Of a stretch of DNA of 64,000 bases, positions 12,801 through 38,010 are shown piece by piece (the stretch's first letter is position 1; each line of letters begins with the position of its first letter). Below the pieces are notes generated by a model. That model ran no database searches. It was not told the origin of the DNA and was given only the letters and a program-made list of their open reading frames with translations. Source of the DNA: Podarcis melisellensis (lineage: Eukaryota); NCBI GenBank assembly GCA_964234715.1, contig OZ174287.1. One strand, written 5' to 3'. The position numbers and the translations under genes are program-made.

Positions 12801-15692
12801 ACTGGTGCCTGGAAATAAAAGCTATGTAAAGGATCCTGGTAATGCTGTCAAAATCTACGTCATAGGGTTGTTGTGGGGATTAAATGATATAGGGCAGAAC
12901 CATGTAGAACACCTAGAGCTCCTTAGAGAAAAATGCGGGAAATAAATGCGATAAATAAAATAATTATAATTATACTAATGCTTCAAAAGGTGCCTGCTCA
13001 GCCCAGCTCTGACAAGGGGCCTGGCCTCACCCCGGGCGTGGATCTTCTGGCAAAGTTCCTCGGTGCGCCGGTGGATCTTGTCAGAGAACTCCACGATGCG
13101 GGAGACGGCAGCTTTGGAGAACTCCATGCGCTCCTGGAGCTGCAGCTCAATCTCTTCGCTGCTGCTGCTGGCCAAGGTAGCCAAGAAGGAGAGGGCTGAC
13201 TCGTTCAGCACAAGCCCCGCTCCGGCTTTCCACGGGGCGGGGGGAGTAACGGGGGACAGGACTGCCTCTGTGGGGACCAGAAGAACAGCAATGGTTACTG
13301 GCTCCGAGGACGGGAGCTGCGTCTCCTCCCAGCATCCTGTATCAGAGAGAGCTGGGCTCACCTCTCCTCTCCAGCCCCTCCTGCCCCAGGAGAGCGGCAT
13401 CCAACTCGGCTCCCGTCATCTCCAACTTGGGCTCCTCGAGAGGCTGGCCGCATTCTCCGTCACATCGTCTCAGCAGCACTTGCACGGTCTCATCTAGCTG
13501 TAGAAATTGGAGGGGGGGGGGGAGAGACAGCTTAAGAAGGACACAGGGAGAGAGAGGACATAGGGGATGCCACAGGCAGGGCTGGGTGAATACCAAAACT
13601 ATCCAGCTTCCATTTGGCTTGTGCTTGTCACAAGGAAGGTGACACAGGAGCAACACGGCAAAATATCGCTCCCCAACCACTTAGAAGCTCTGCTTAATGC
13701 CCTGCTGGTTTCCTAACGCTTCCACCAGCTGCTGAACTGATCATCAACCTCATCTTGTCAACCTTAAGGACTAGAAACTTAAGAAAAGGAAACGAGCGGC
13801 CAGGAAGGCGCCCTGACCTGCTTCCAGTAGCGGTTGACAATCAGGAGAGTGGCATCGTCGGTGGCCTGCCTCTTCTCCAGCTTTTCTATGCGCTCACGCA
13901 GCTCGTCCTCAAAGGCCTGCCGCTGCTCCAGGCGCTCGGCTAATTTCTTGTTCTTGAACTGGAGCACCTTGAGGTCCATCTCCTCCTGAAATAAAACAGA
14001 ACGTCAGAATGTGAATCACAGAATGATCCTCGGCCGTTTCCATCAACAACCCCAAGTNNNNNNNNNNNNNNNNNNNNNNNNNNNNNNNNNNNNNNNNNNN
14101 NNNNNNNNNNNNNNNNNNNNNNNNNNNNNNNNNNNNNNNNNNNNNNNNNNNNNNNNNNNNNNNNNNNNNNNNNNNNNNNNNNNNNNNNATATGGTCCATC
14201 ATCATTTACCCTAATGAGGCACAAAACTTTAACTAGAATGAATTCCACCCCCCCTTTTTTAAATTGACCATTAATTCTAAAAGGGTGCAGATCAGTGGCA
14301 GAACACATGCTTTATTTGCAAAGGTCTCAGATTTGAACCCCAACATCTCCATGGATTAGGAAGGACTCCCTGCTGAAAGCTGGTGCCCGACACTGCCAAC
14401 AATACCAATCAACAGTCTGAGTCAGTATAAGGCAATTTTCTATTCTTTTGGTTAAAGATAGATAAATGCATTGCTGTACATACACTGATAGATAGCATAC
14501 AGACAATAAAAGTAAGTATGAAGAGGATGTTGGGTGGAAGGATGTTATAAAGGAGTCAATATGACCTATTAAAGAGTGAGAAGGAATTTGCTGGCACTGA
14601 TAGGTGAACCTATGACCTTGCTCTTCATCAAGCCCCTGCCTATGATGTTACTTTTGCTCTCCCAATAAGGTTGTTGCTTAGTTGCCCAACTGCAATTCTC
14701 CTTGATACGGTACTTAATTTCTACTCGTGTGCAAAGCTAAGGTGAGGGAAGGCCCCTATATAAACCTGAGTCATTTATAGGCCACAACTCTACTTTTCTG
14801 AATTCCCAGCAGCTGCTGCTGTTCTGACCAAGTAAAAACTGCCTTTGAAATCACAACTGGTGTTGTTAAAAGACAAAAATCTGCCACAGGGGCCCATGCC
14901 CCTGCTGAAAAGGTTCACATCAGGAAGCAAACCTGGAAGCTGCTGCTTAACATTTTCCTCTAAAAGTGATGGGGGAAGGTATTTCTAACTCCTAAACCTT
15001 AGCATCTAATTTTATGCCACCAGTCCTGCAGAGATATTTCAGATACCCAGCTACCAACATCCAGTTTCTAGGCAAAATTATAGGCATGGATTGTTTTTTT
15101 TCTGGTCCCAACCTATATATTATTTATTACAGAGTTGCCTATTTAAAAAACCTGATCTGGAGCATACTTGCGCCCCCAAATTCCCAACATTTATTTCCAG
15201 AAGGGGTTTTTTTATTTTAAAAAATCAAAACAAATAATTGCCATGCAGAAAGAGTTCTCTTCTCACAGTGCCCAGCCAGATGCCCACGAGAAGCTCACAA
15301 GCAGGACCTGAGGGAAACAGTACTGTCAAGCTCAGGTTCCCCAGCAGTTGGTATTCAGTGCAAGCTGCCTCTGACAGTTGAGGCAGAACGCAGTCATAAC
15401 TAGTGGCTGCTGACAGCCTTATCCTTCATGAATCTGTCCAACCCCCTTTCAAAGCTATCCAATTTGGCAGCCATCATGGCACCTTGCAGAAGCGAATTTC
15501 AGACTTTTACCACCACCACCGAGTACTTCTCCACCCTGCACTCAATCCCCTGGTCCTCACCGTGGAAGAGATGCCCCCCAGGCGGATGGGCTCAATCAGG
15601 GTAGTGGTAGTCTTCTCCTCCCTGTTGGATTTCTTCTCAGGGGGCCCAGAGCCTCCATCCCCGGCTGCCCGCTTGCTCGCAAGTCCCGACAT
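3898..15692 (-). CDS. RNF40: E3 ubiquitin-protein ligase BRE1B (H2B monoubiquitination), about 1036 aa
   Basis: Coding exons (minus): 15692-15561, 13985-13818, 13497-13362, 13267-13031, 12008-11887, 11777-11631, 11520-11446, 11318-11199, 9981-9802, 9267-9132, 8835-8714, 8288-7780, 7159-7042, 6241-6092, 5591-5379, 5258-5133, 4624-4484, 4280-4179, 4074-3898. Total 3111 nt, phases consistent. N-terminus [24 protein letters not shown]1 coiled coils, C-terminal [32 protein letters not shown]...CPKC. Non-coding exon 1 donor at 16797/16796. Confidence 0.97.
8932..9053. mobile_element. hAT-Charlie/URR1-like non-autonomous MITE
   Basis: Termini CAGGGTTTCCCAAAC...TGGGAAACCTG with a perfect 8-bp TSD CCTTAGAG (8924-8931, 9054-9061). 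Confidence 0.85.
14058..14188. other. Assembly gap (131 N) in an RNF40 intron
   Basis: Run of n. Confidence 1.
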
Positions 15693-16796
15693 GGTGACTC
15701 TGAGCAGCAGGCGAGAGCAGAGGAATCAGGCAGTCAGCCAAGGGGGCAGCGCTTCAGCTACAAAGGGAAAGGAAAAAAGAGAGGGTGAGTTGCAGTTGCC
15801 CATGAGTAGACTAGTGTGACATTAATCCTCCCGTAGTCAAGACCAGGTACTGCTTTCCATATCTGGTCAGAGATGCAGGAAGAAGGGGATCAGCTATGCT
15901 AAGCAAAACACAGAGGGCAAAAGGGGTGTGTGGTAGGTAAGGAAATGCAGTGACATTATCAAGGAATCATGGAATTTTTTATAAGAGGGCACAAAGGGGA
16001 ACAAAAGTTGCAGATATGGCTGCTAACTCCCCCTCCCCCTGTGTGCTCTTTAAAAGTTATATACCAGGCCAAAAACCAACAAGTGTCCCCTGGCACAGAG
16101 GCAGTTAATGAGGAACAGGCACCTGCTGAACCACTGATGTCTATCTTGGTGCTGTACCAAGAGCTCTGCTGGGCGGAGGAGTGTTGACAAGCAGATAAAA
16201 AGAAAGCATAGGCTTGGAGAAGAGGTAAGACTTAGAAGAAGAAGAAAAAAGAGGAAGTCAAGTAAACTATGGGAAAATATTCTTAAATTGAGAGTTAACA
16301 AACCAGAATAAGGAGTGAAATAAGGGTGGGGGTAAAAATGGGAAGGAGGCAAACACTTCACGCCCTATTTTTAAGGACGCCCCAGCTTTGCTCCTTCCCT
16401 CTGGCATGTTTTTCAGGTGCGAGGGGTGGGGGTCCCGTGTCCCTCCACCAGACGCGGCGGGACTCGCGACTCCCCTCAGTCGTGGGGAGACACTGGGGGT
16501 CGCAGTCCCAAGAGCCTCTGCAGGGCCAGAGCTTCCCCGCCCGACCCCGCCAGGACCCCCTCACAGCCCTGACAATCCAAGGGAAGGAGGAGGCCACCTT
16601 TCAAAGGGCAGTATCGGAATACCCGCCAAGGCGGGCGAGGCTTGTTCTGAGGAAAGTTCAGTTAGGACCAATCCACATAGGCAAGGCGGGGGACCTCAAT
16701 AAGGCGGGGGGGGGCGGGGAGAGCGGGGCGGGAGACGTGCAGGGAGCGTGCTGTGAGGGGGGGTCTGGTGTCGGGGGGGTCTCCTCTCACACTCAC

Positions 16797-17480
16797 CTGC
16801 CTGAGCGCCCCTCCCCCCGGCTGCGGCTTCCTCGTCCTTCTCCCCCCGCCCCCCATGCGTTACTCCGGCCGAGAAACCCCAGCGCGCCTACTGCGCATGC
16901 TCTCCCGCAACCATTCTCAAGGCCCAACCTTTGCCGAGTGCGCACGCGCAAACCCAACCTCAAGCTATTGGGCAAAGCGCGAACCAGGGCTGCGCTGGTT
17001 AACCTCACCGAGACGCCTTGACGGAAGCGCGCTCTGTGATTGGCTCTTTCTTTATCGTAGACTTCCCATAGTTAGAGTGATGCGCGCCGCAGGAGACCCT
17101 TGAATAGGAGATTTCGATCCAACATGTCAACTTGTGCTTCAGGTCCTTAACTTAAAATGCAAATTTTAATCCAGTGAAACTCTACTCGGCGCCCAACACT
17201 CAGGTCCCTAGAGGAATAAAAGCGCTTTTCTAGCTCTATGGCGTCCGAACAAAATGTTATGATGTCGCTTTAATTTTTCTATCTCTACGGATACTCTCTC
17301 TCCCCCCCCCGCCCACCGCCGGAACACTTCAAAGAGAACCTCTACAATTGGCTAAGCGCTTCGCCCTCAAGTGTTCCTCGTTCTTATTGGATGAATTTCG
17401 ACGGAATTCCAATTGGCTGAAGCAGAGATTGCTATGGCAACGCGTGATTCCCCCAACCTTCTACACTCCGACAACCAGAG
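16797..17480. promoter_or_regulatory. Bidirectional CpG-island promoter RNF40 / CFAP119
   Basis: RNF40 5' UTR exon donor (CAG|GTGAGT, minus) at 16797. NRF1-like TGCGCATGC at 16892-16900, several ATTGG/CCAAT boxes (about 16967, 17039, 17347, 17386, 17410) and an RFX X-box ATTGCTATGGCAAC at 17428-17441. Divergent genes on either side. Confidence 0.8.
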
Positions 17481-22470
<4,990 letters not shown>

Positions 22471-23825
22471 GCAGGTTGGGAGGCGAGAGAATTAACTTTT
22501 TACATTAGAATGTTGAGAGGTTTTCAGGGCCCACCCATAAAGTATCTCATTCCTCAAAAATTGTGGAAATGAATAATAGTTAAATGGGGGGGTGGCCAGA
22601 TAGAGCACACTTTTAAATGCCTTTTAGAAACCTGTTTTTCAAAAACTTTCTACAGAGAAACTGTGATGTTAAGACATTAAAGAGCTTTCCAAACAATCGG
22701 TACCACTGTTGCACATCTTCTGTGTATCTCCAGGCTGTATCTCATCTCTCTCAGCCTGCTGCATTCCCCATGCGAAGCACTCAAACCATTGTATAGAGTA
22801 GGTCTCCTCACACCCTACTAGCAGAGCTGCTACACTTTGGGGGCGCTGTCTGAATTGGGGATGTGCGAGTATTGCAGGCATCATGCGTCCATGGCATCTC
22901 CCTCACTGGACCAGCTGCTGGAGTGAAACTGACACCCTGCCTTTCTTCAGATTTTCTCTTGAGTCCCTTTGATTCCCACTCTGTCCCACTCTTCTCAAGC
23001 TGAACTCTTTTCCCGCGGGTGCACACCCCTTCCAGCAGCAACAGGATACCCCACCTCCAAAACATTGAACACCCCTTGGATCTTTCGCAGGAGAAATTCA
23101 ACTCTGTGCCCTCTCCCAACTGAAAGGATATGGCCGCTTCTTAGGAAGCAAAGAAAGCCAAAGTCTGGCATCAGTTTTGGTCACATTCCATTTTATTCTA
23201 ATTGTGACATCATGGATGTGGAAAGATGGCACAACCAGGTGGAAAATAAAATACAATATAATCTACAGAGAAGGGTCGGTCCCAATTCCTGCTAGTAGGG
23301 AAAGGGAACTCTGCAATTTCCAATCCCAACCCACCCTCTTCCTCCCTGGACCACCCATTCTGGCTATATGCAAGGATTGATCCCTCAGCAATGGTGAAGT
23401 TGGCTGCTTTGAGGGGCAAGAGGTAGCAGGTCCTCTTACTGTGGGAAGAGATGCAAGGACAAAAAGTCCTTCTTCTGGCAACACAGATAAGCCTCCCTAA
23501 TCCATACACATCTAACAATTCAGATGCTCTGTATTCTTGCCCTACACAAATCTCAGGGCCCTTCCCAGGTATGTTAAGGGACCCTTAGTTTCTGACAGCC
23601 ACAAACTCAGGAATTCTTTCCAGAAGGCAAAGAAGTCCTTGTTCCCCAGGAAATTGGACCCCCCTTCGCATGCAAGGATGAGGATACCTCCCCACAGGAG
23701 GTACTTGCCGTTCCCCCAAGAAGAGATGGAAGGTGGTGGGACGGTTCTTGAAGTGGCTCCTGCCTCCTTTCTTCGTTCAGGGACCCAGTGATTCCACAGT
23801 TGCACAGGGAGCAGCAACCAGGTGT

Positions 23826-31500
<7,675 letters not shown>

Positions 31501-31866
31501 CCTATTGTAGATGTGGAATGCTCTGGATCAAGAGCTGAAAAGCAAAGGGTGATGGCAGCAGTGATATTTAGACAGCTGAATACTTCAAGCTACCCAAGAG
31601 GAGACATTTTGAAAGGTCAACATGGAAGGTGGAATGCAAGGAATGCAACACAGCAGTTGGAGAGCTAAGAAGGGCAGTAAACATAAGAGGCAATGGATGT
31701 CTGATGTCAGGGGAGGCAGGTAGAGACATGCCAATTACCATGCTGCTTTCAGGGGAGTTATGGAAGAGATAAAGGAGAATGACCCAGTCTTGGTCATCAC
31801 TGGGCAGTAACCATTGGTAGGGAATAGTTGACAATTTCATCAGACACATTTCAGCCATCAGGTTAG

Positions 31867-32003
31867 CAGTGGTGTAGCGTGGGTTGTCCGCAAGGCAAGT
31901 AATTTGCGCCCCCTAACCCGTGGATTTGTGCCCCCTAACCCTAACCCCCAGATGTTGCGCCCGGTGCGGCCGGCCCCCCCTGCGCCCACACGCTACGCCA
32001 CTG
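31867..32003. mobile_element. hAT-type MITE with internal CCCTAA units
   Basis: TIRs CAGTGGTGTAGCGTG / CACGCTACGCCACTG. 8-bp TSD CAGGTTAG / CAAGTTAG (7 of 8 match). Confidence 0.75.
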
Positions 32004-32627
32004 CAAGTTAGCAAGGCCTCCGACACAAATCACAGGTTCCCTTTAGATCATCAAACTAGTCAAAATCAACAAGTTGGAGGGCTGCAATGTGGCTGCATCA
32101 GATTTCCCCAAATAGGGAAGAAAAAGACCAAAAAGCCTGAATCAGCTCTCTGGCACAATCACAATGGCAGGTTTATTGCTGCCTTGACCATATAACTACA
32201 GCAAGACTGCAGGGGGGAGTAGACTGCAGAACTGATCTAAGGGAGATTCCTCTTCAAATGTCAGGCGTGAATGGTGCAGCCTATATCCTTTGTTTCCCAT
32301 CCTCATACTGCAGCAATTCTGATATTTCTTCCTCCAAGCAACTTGGACCAACATTTCAACTGCCTTATAACCCTGTGAGGTTAAGCTATGCTAAACCGCA
32401 CAGAGATTGTGAACTCAGATCTCTCTGCAATACGGCTGCCATCCAAAACATCCTTACTTCCACTGTGGAACTTCATTTCAAACAAATATGCATAGGATTG
32501 CACTGTGTGTACAATAGCCATCTGCTACATCCCCATGACTCTCATATTTCTTTAGTCCTTCAAAATAGATCCTTACAACCGTGAGTTTGAAACAATACCC
32601 TGCAGTTACATCTCCTGGGTATCAATA

Positions 32628-33499
32628 CAGTGGTGCCTCGCAAGACGAAATTAATTCGTTCCGCAAGTCTTTTCATCTTGCGAGTTTTTCGTCTTGCGAA
32701 GCACGGTTTCCCATAGGAATGCATTAAAAATCAATTAATGCGTTCCTATGGAAACCGCCTTCAGACCAGGTCCGGGGACAGTCTGTCCCCCGACCTCTTC
32801 TGAAGGCTGGCGGGGGGCAAAAGTCTTTGCTCCCCCCTGCCTGCCTTCCCAGGAGAGCGGAAAACGCAGCGCTGCCTTCCCACTCTCCCGGAAAGGCAGG
32901 CAGGGGGGACAAAGACTTTTGCCCCCCGCCCGCCTTCGGAAGAGGTCCTGGACCTCTTCTGAAGGCTGGCGGGGGCCAAAAGTCTTTGCTCCCCGCCGCC
33001 TGCCTTCAAAAGCCGTCCGGGGGCTTTTAAATCGCCCCGGACAGTCCCGGGGCGATTTAAAAGCCCCCGGTTAGGCAGGCAGGGGGGACAAAGACTTTTG
33101 CCCCCCACCCGCCTTCAGAAGAGGTCCTGGACCTCTTCTGAAGGCTGGCGGGGGGCAAAAGTCTTTGCTCCCCCCCGCCTGCCTTCAAAAGCCATCCGGG
33201 ATAGCGGGAAGCGCTTCCTTGCTATCCCGGACCGCTTTTAAAATGCTGGCGGTGGAGAGCAAAGCCTTTCGCCCCCGCAGGCCTTCCTGGACCTCTTCTG
33301 AAGTCCGGAGGGGGGGGGAAGGCTTTGCTCCCCACCGCCAGCATTTAAAAGAGGTCCCCGGAGATTTCCCTATGGGCTTTCGTCTTGCGAAGCAAGCCCA
33401 TAGGGAAAATCGTCTAGCGAAGCGTCGCAAAAACCGAAAAACCCTTTCGTCTTGCGGGTTTTTCGTCTTGCGAGGCATTCATCTTGCGGGGCACCACTG
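32628..33499. mobile_element. Tc1/mariner (Tigger-like) non-autonomous element with internal palindromic repeats
   Basis: TA | CAGTGGTGCCTCGCAAGACGAA ... TTCATCTTGCGGGGCACCACTG | TA, i.e. TIRs with a TA target duplication. No transposase ORF. Confidence 0.88.
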
Positions 33500-34559
33500 T
33501 ACAAATTAGGAAAATAAAAAGAGCCTTCTGGGTTGGACCAATGATCTGGCCATCATCCTGTTCTCATAGTGGCCAGCTGTATGCCTATGAGAAGCCCGCA
33601 AGCAGGTCCTGAGCACATCCTGTGGTTTATAGCAGCTGGTTATCAGGATCTCACCACTTCTGATCATGGAAGCAGAGTATAGCCAAATAAGAACAGTTGA
33701 AGGGAACCTTTTTTCAGCCACATTCCCTTCTAGAGAAGCTTCTGGGGGCTACATGCCCCACGCAGGGCTGGACAGGGGCAAACACAAAAGTGGGAGGGGC
33801 AACAAGTGTCAATATAACCTTTGAACATTAGGCTACTTCCTACACACGCTCACACACCCCTCTCTACCCTCCATTCAGGGAAGCAAAGAGTTCTAGGACA
33901 CATTCCAGCCAGGCAAAACCATTCAAGGAGTGTGCAAAGCAGGGCCCATAAGGGGTGTGGCTGGGGAGAGTGCTGTGAGCCATACAGAGAGGTTGGGAGG
34001 GCTAGAAGACCACATTCGGCCCCTGAGCATGAGGTTTCCCACCTCTGAATCAGAATAAACATGCACTGACAACAGGCTTGGCAGTTGATCCAGATTGTGC
34101 ACAGGAGCACATCACAATCCCTATTAAACAATGATGTCACTTATTTTAAAGAAGCATCCTTACAACCCCTTCTACAAGATCTCCAAACCCATAATACCCC
34201 TCATTCTTTCCCCATCCCAGGACTTTCCCTTCTAAAAACATCTGCAATACTGGACCACCTTGAAGGACTGGTGTAAGGATTACTAAGACAGCCCTTCGTT
34301 CATTATATAAATAACCAACGTTTAAACTATTGTACTATAATCTATGCAGCGGCTGAAACAAGATACCCATGCTGTTTATCCTGGAACTCCCCTTCCCAAG
34401 TCTCAATTCAGAACCATGCAGAGGTGGAAAATGCACTCTGTTTATACTCAGAGGCACTCTGTCCGTAGATTTCAGAACCGTGGCCTAGCACTGTCAACAG
34501 GTTCCGGGGCTCATGAGAGCTCCAGGGTGAAATGAAGCCTTGCCTATCGGTCCAGCCCT

Positions 34560-35170
34560 TCCGATTCGCCTCCCCCTCCTCTCTCCAGAGGGATTCCACA
34601 CGCCGCCCCGCCCCGCCCGAGCACGCGGAGGGACTCCCCGAGATCCTCACCCGGCAGCGCCGTTGCTGGATGCGAGTGAATGACCCCCACCTGCAGCCGG
34701 CGACTCCCAGGCTCCGCCTCCTCTTCTTTCTGATTGGTCCGTCGCGTTCCAGAGGCGCGGCCGAGCAGTAGCACCAATCAGCGAAAGGAGAAAACAGGGT
34801 GTGTCGAGACGGTCGAAGGCCGGCATCCAGTGAGTGGACGGATGGAGAGGGAGCGCTGTCAGCGGCAGCAACCAATCAGCGCTAAGGTGAAGAAATATGA
34901 GGCGGGGATTAAAAGAGGAAGCGGCTGTTTCCGAACGGCGGCAGGGGAGGGGAGAATGCTCAGCCAATGAGCAAAGCCACGCAAGGGCGGGCAAGAGAAG
35001 CGCGTTATTGACAGGCGGGTTGACCCATCGGCTGCTCGTTTTGAGCAACCTTGCTGAGGGGAGGAGCTCAGAATCCGAAGGCTGGGGAAGACAGCGGCCA
35101 ATCGCGATCGGAAGTGGGCGGGAGCAGAACATTGGGGTTATTCAGGGTTTCATAATCGCGATACTAAAGG
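34560..35170 (-). promoter_or_regulatory. PHKG2 CpG-island promoter and non-coding first exon
   Basis: CpG-rich. Donor CGG|GTGAGG at 34651. CCAAT/ATTGG boxes at 34733, 34774, 34872, 34964 and 35098, plus GC boxes. Confidence 0.75.
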
Positions 35171-38010
35171 TCAGGATGAGGTCATAGCTACTACTTTCCC
35201 TCCTTCGGTTATTTGTTATGCAATTACACAATAAACACCCCCCAAAACGAAAACTACACTAGGGTCTCTCTACGGAGCAGGAGGGAATTTGTGCCTTTTA
35301 TTTCTATCTCCATAAACTGCTGCCTTGTCTCTTGGGTGGTCCTTTCGTGTCTTTCAGTTTGGGGCAAATCAGGAGTTTGGCTGTGAACAAAATAAGATGA
35401 TGATGATAATGATGATGATTCCATCTTTCCTCCAAGGAGCTCGAGGCAGCACATATTTCCTGCCTACCTCCTCTTCCGCTCTTCACAACAGTCTTGTGAA
35501 GTGAGTTCTGGCTGACAGATAATGACCCGCCCAGGGTCACTCATCTGCTCATCATGGATGAATAAGCATTTGAACCTGTGTCTCCCTGACCCATCATTTT
35601 AACCTCAACTTCACAGTTGGTCTTCAGGTTTCCTGCACTAAATAAATTGCTCCATCCCATGATATCCATAGGGGAAGAAAATCCCTCCAGTAGGACACCC
35701 AGTCACCCAGAGGCAGCTACACAAAGTGTGAAAGGATTCCTTGGGCCAAAAGGCTTTCCCTCTCCTTCCGCATATGCGAAATCAAGCTACATGGCCTCTC
35801 CTCCACCCCAAATTTTGCCATGACAAAGATGAGATCTCTAACATGCAGTAAGAATCGCTCACTCTCTTCTTAAGGTGGGAGGGAGGGGGTTATTGGTTGG
35901 TTGGTTTTATCATGTATTTTTAGGTTGTGAACCAACCTGAGATCTGCGGATGAAGAGCAGTATACAAATTTAATATAAACAAATAACACATGCCTACCGC
36001 TCAGGTACAGTTATATCCGTTGTCTGATCAGCATCTGCCAGTAGTGGTTATACAACTGTTATTAATGCTTTTTCATTAAGCATTAATGGAAGTGTAACTT
36101 CGGAACAGCATCAAGCATTACAAAGCAACATAGGCTTGTGTGTAACACCATACAGTCAAACAACATGACTGCCCCTCAAGAATCCTGAGAACTGTACTTT
36201 GTGAAGGGTGCTGGGCACTATGAGGGGTAAATTACAATTTCCAGGATTCTTGGGGGGGGGGCTGACTGGTTAAAATGTATGGCGTGTATGAGGCTGAAGT
36301 TGGCAATACAACTCACACAGCTGTTGTATATGTATCATGTAAAAAGCTGCCACACCCCGGCCCTCAACTCTGTGCCACACCACAGAGTAAATAATCACAC
36401 AAATACCCTCAAATACTTCTAATTCCAGATGCTAACCAGCAGCCTCTCCCTTGGAGCCTACATGTAACAAGAAATCAGTGATTAAAATAGTTGTGAATGT
36501 TAACACCTTTCATCTCAGCTAAGGATGCTAAGTCTGACTGATCCCCCAACCATTCTCGCCTCCAATTACAAATGGTTGAAGGCCCTTCTCTGCATATTGT
36601 ATGTTGCATTAATGTACCTTTTTAATTGTCTGCCCTGCTCCATAACAATAAAACAACAAAGAGTATTGAAGTGGCACCTTAAAGACTTGGATTTCTCATA
36701 AATCTGCTGGTTTTTACAGCGTCACAAGGTGCTGCCGTTGTTTCCTCAGTTTGAAGCAGGGTGGGTTCATAAAATGACAAAGGCAATTTCACTTCCTTTT
36801 ACGTTAATGTTTAAAGGAATGTTTACTCTCACAATGGGCTTGCCTCCACTTGGAGAATAGCTGCATCTTAAACATGCTCAGCATCATCATGTTTCTGACT
36901 GGGTCATTACCGGTGAGCGGATGTCAGTAAAGGAAATAGGCATTGACATGATGGGGCAGACCCACACATTTAGAGCACATGTGGCTCTGTCCCACAACGT
37001 CAATGCATTTTTAAATCAGATGACTTCCCGCAAAGAACCATGGAAGCCATAGCGTGTTAAGGGTGCTAGGAATTTGTAACCACCTCCAACCACCAAGGCC
37101 AGGCAGAGGCAGCAGCTGGAATAAAATAAGTGGTAGTGCAGCGGCAGGATCTCCTGCCCTCTGTGGAGCTTGCTAGAAGTGGGTCGCTTTAGGTCACCTC
37201 ATTGTTGCACCGGCCATGGGACTACAACTCCTATCATCCCTGACCAATGGCCATCCCAACTGGGGCTGATGATAGTTGGAGTTCAACCACATCTGGCAGG
37301 GGGCACAACTATTCCTGCCACTAGACCCCAAGTCCAATGTTTTCTCTGTTTCTGCCAGCCCTACTCCTGTAATGTCCACCCAAGAGACAAGTGGAACAAA
37401 ACAAAAAAACAACAACCCACCCCCATGAAATCACTGTAGTGCAACTGTTTATTTGTATTTTTGCATATATAATTGATGGGCAGAAAAAAAATGCTTATTG
37501 AAAATAAATTAAATAAATAAAAGATTGAAGCAAGAAACACAGCACAGTGCAGAAACTATGTTCCTGTGTTTCCAATATCCTTCGGTTCCAAGGATCCTAG
37601 CATCTATGCGCAGGAGCAAAACCTGAACTGGGACAGAGCACATGCTTTGCCTCAAGAAGAACTCAGGCACATCCCAGCTACACTAGAGCTTAAAGAGGAG
37701 GTGCCTCCCAGCTCACAGCAAAGGCCCTTCTAGTCCTGCATCCTATATTCCATGTAGCCAACCAGATATATGTTTTCTCCTGGTGAGTCCGTAGAAGCAG
37801 GCCACAGAGATCCGATGTCTGCAGCAGAAGCTGTTCCATTTCTACAGCCTCTCTTTTAGGACCTCCACAAAGCAGGCTTTGACAAGAGTACACCAAACCA
37901 GGGTGCGCGTAACAAAGACCCACATAATACCCATTTCTGCTAAATCCAGCTGGGCAAGTATGTGAAGATGATCCTGGAAGTCCCAAGTCACATGTTCTTC
38001 AGGGTCATCA

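Noticed and set aside
14005-14203. ATGATGA ... CTGA on minus, resembling a C/D snoRNA
   Set aside because: It spans the N gap, and the CTGA is the CTGAC branch point about 20 nt from the acceptor.
16326-17103. 231-aa and other ORFs in the RNF40 promoter and first intron
   Set aside because: Stop-poor CpG island with no homology signal.
32724-33509. Several ORFs and a repeat-spacer-like appearance
   Set aside because: Products of palindromic modules inside a MITE. Not a transposase, and not CRISPR (eukaryote, no cas genes).
36047-36098. AT-rich hairpin ATTAATGCTT...AAGCATTAAT
   Set aside because: Only a 10-bp perfect AT-rich core among repeat relics, so plausibly chance.
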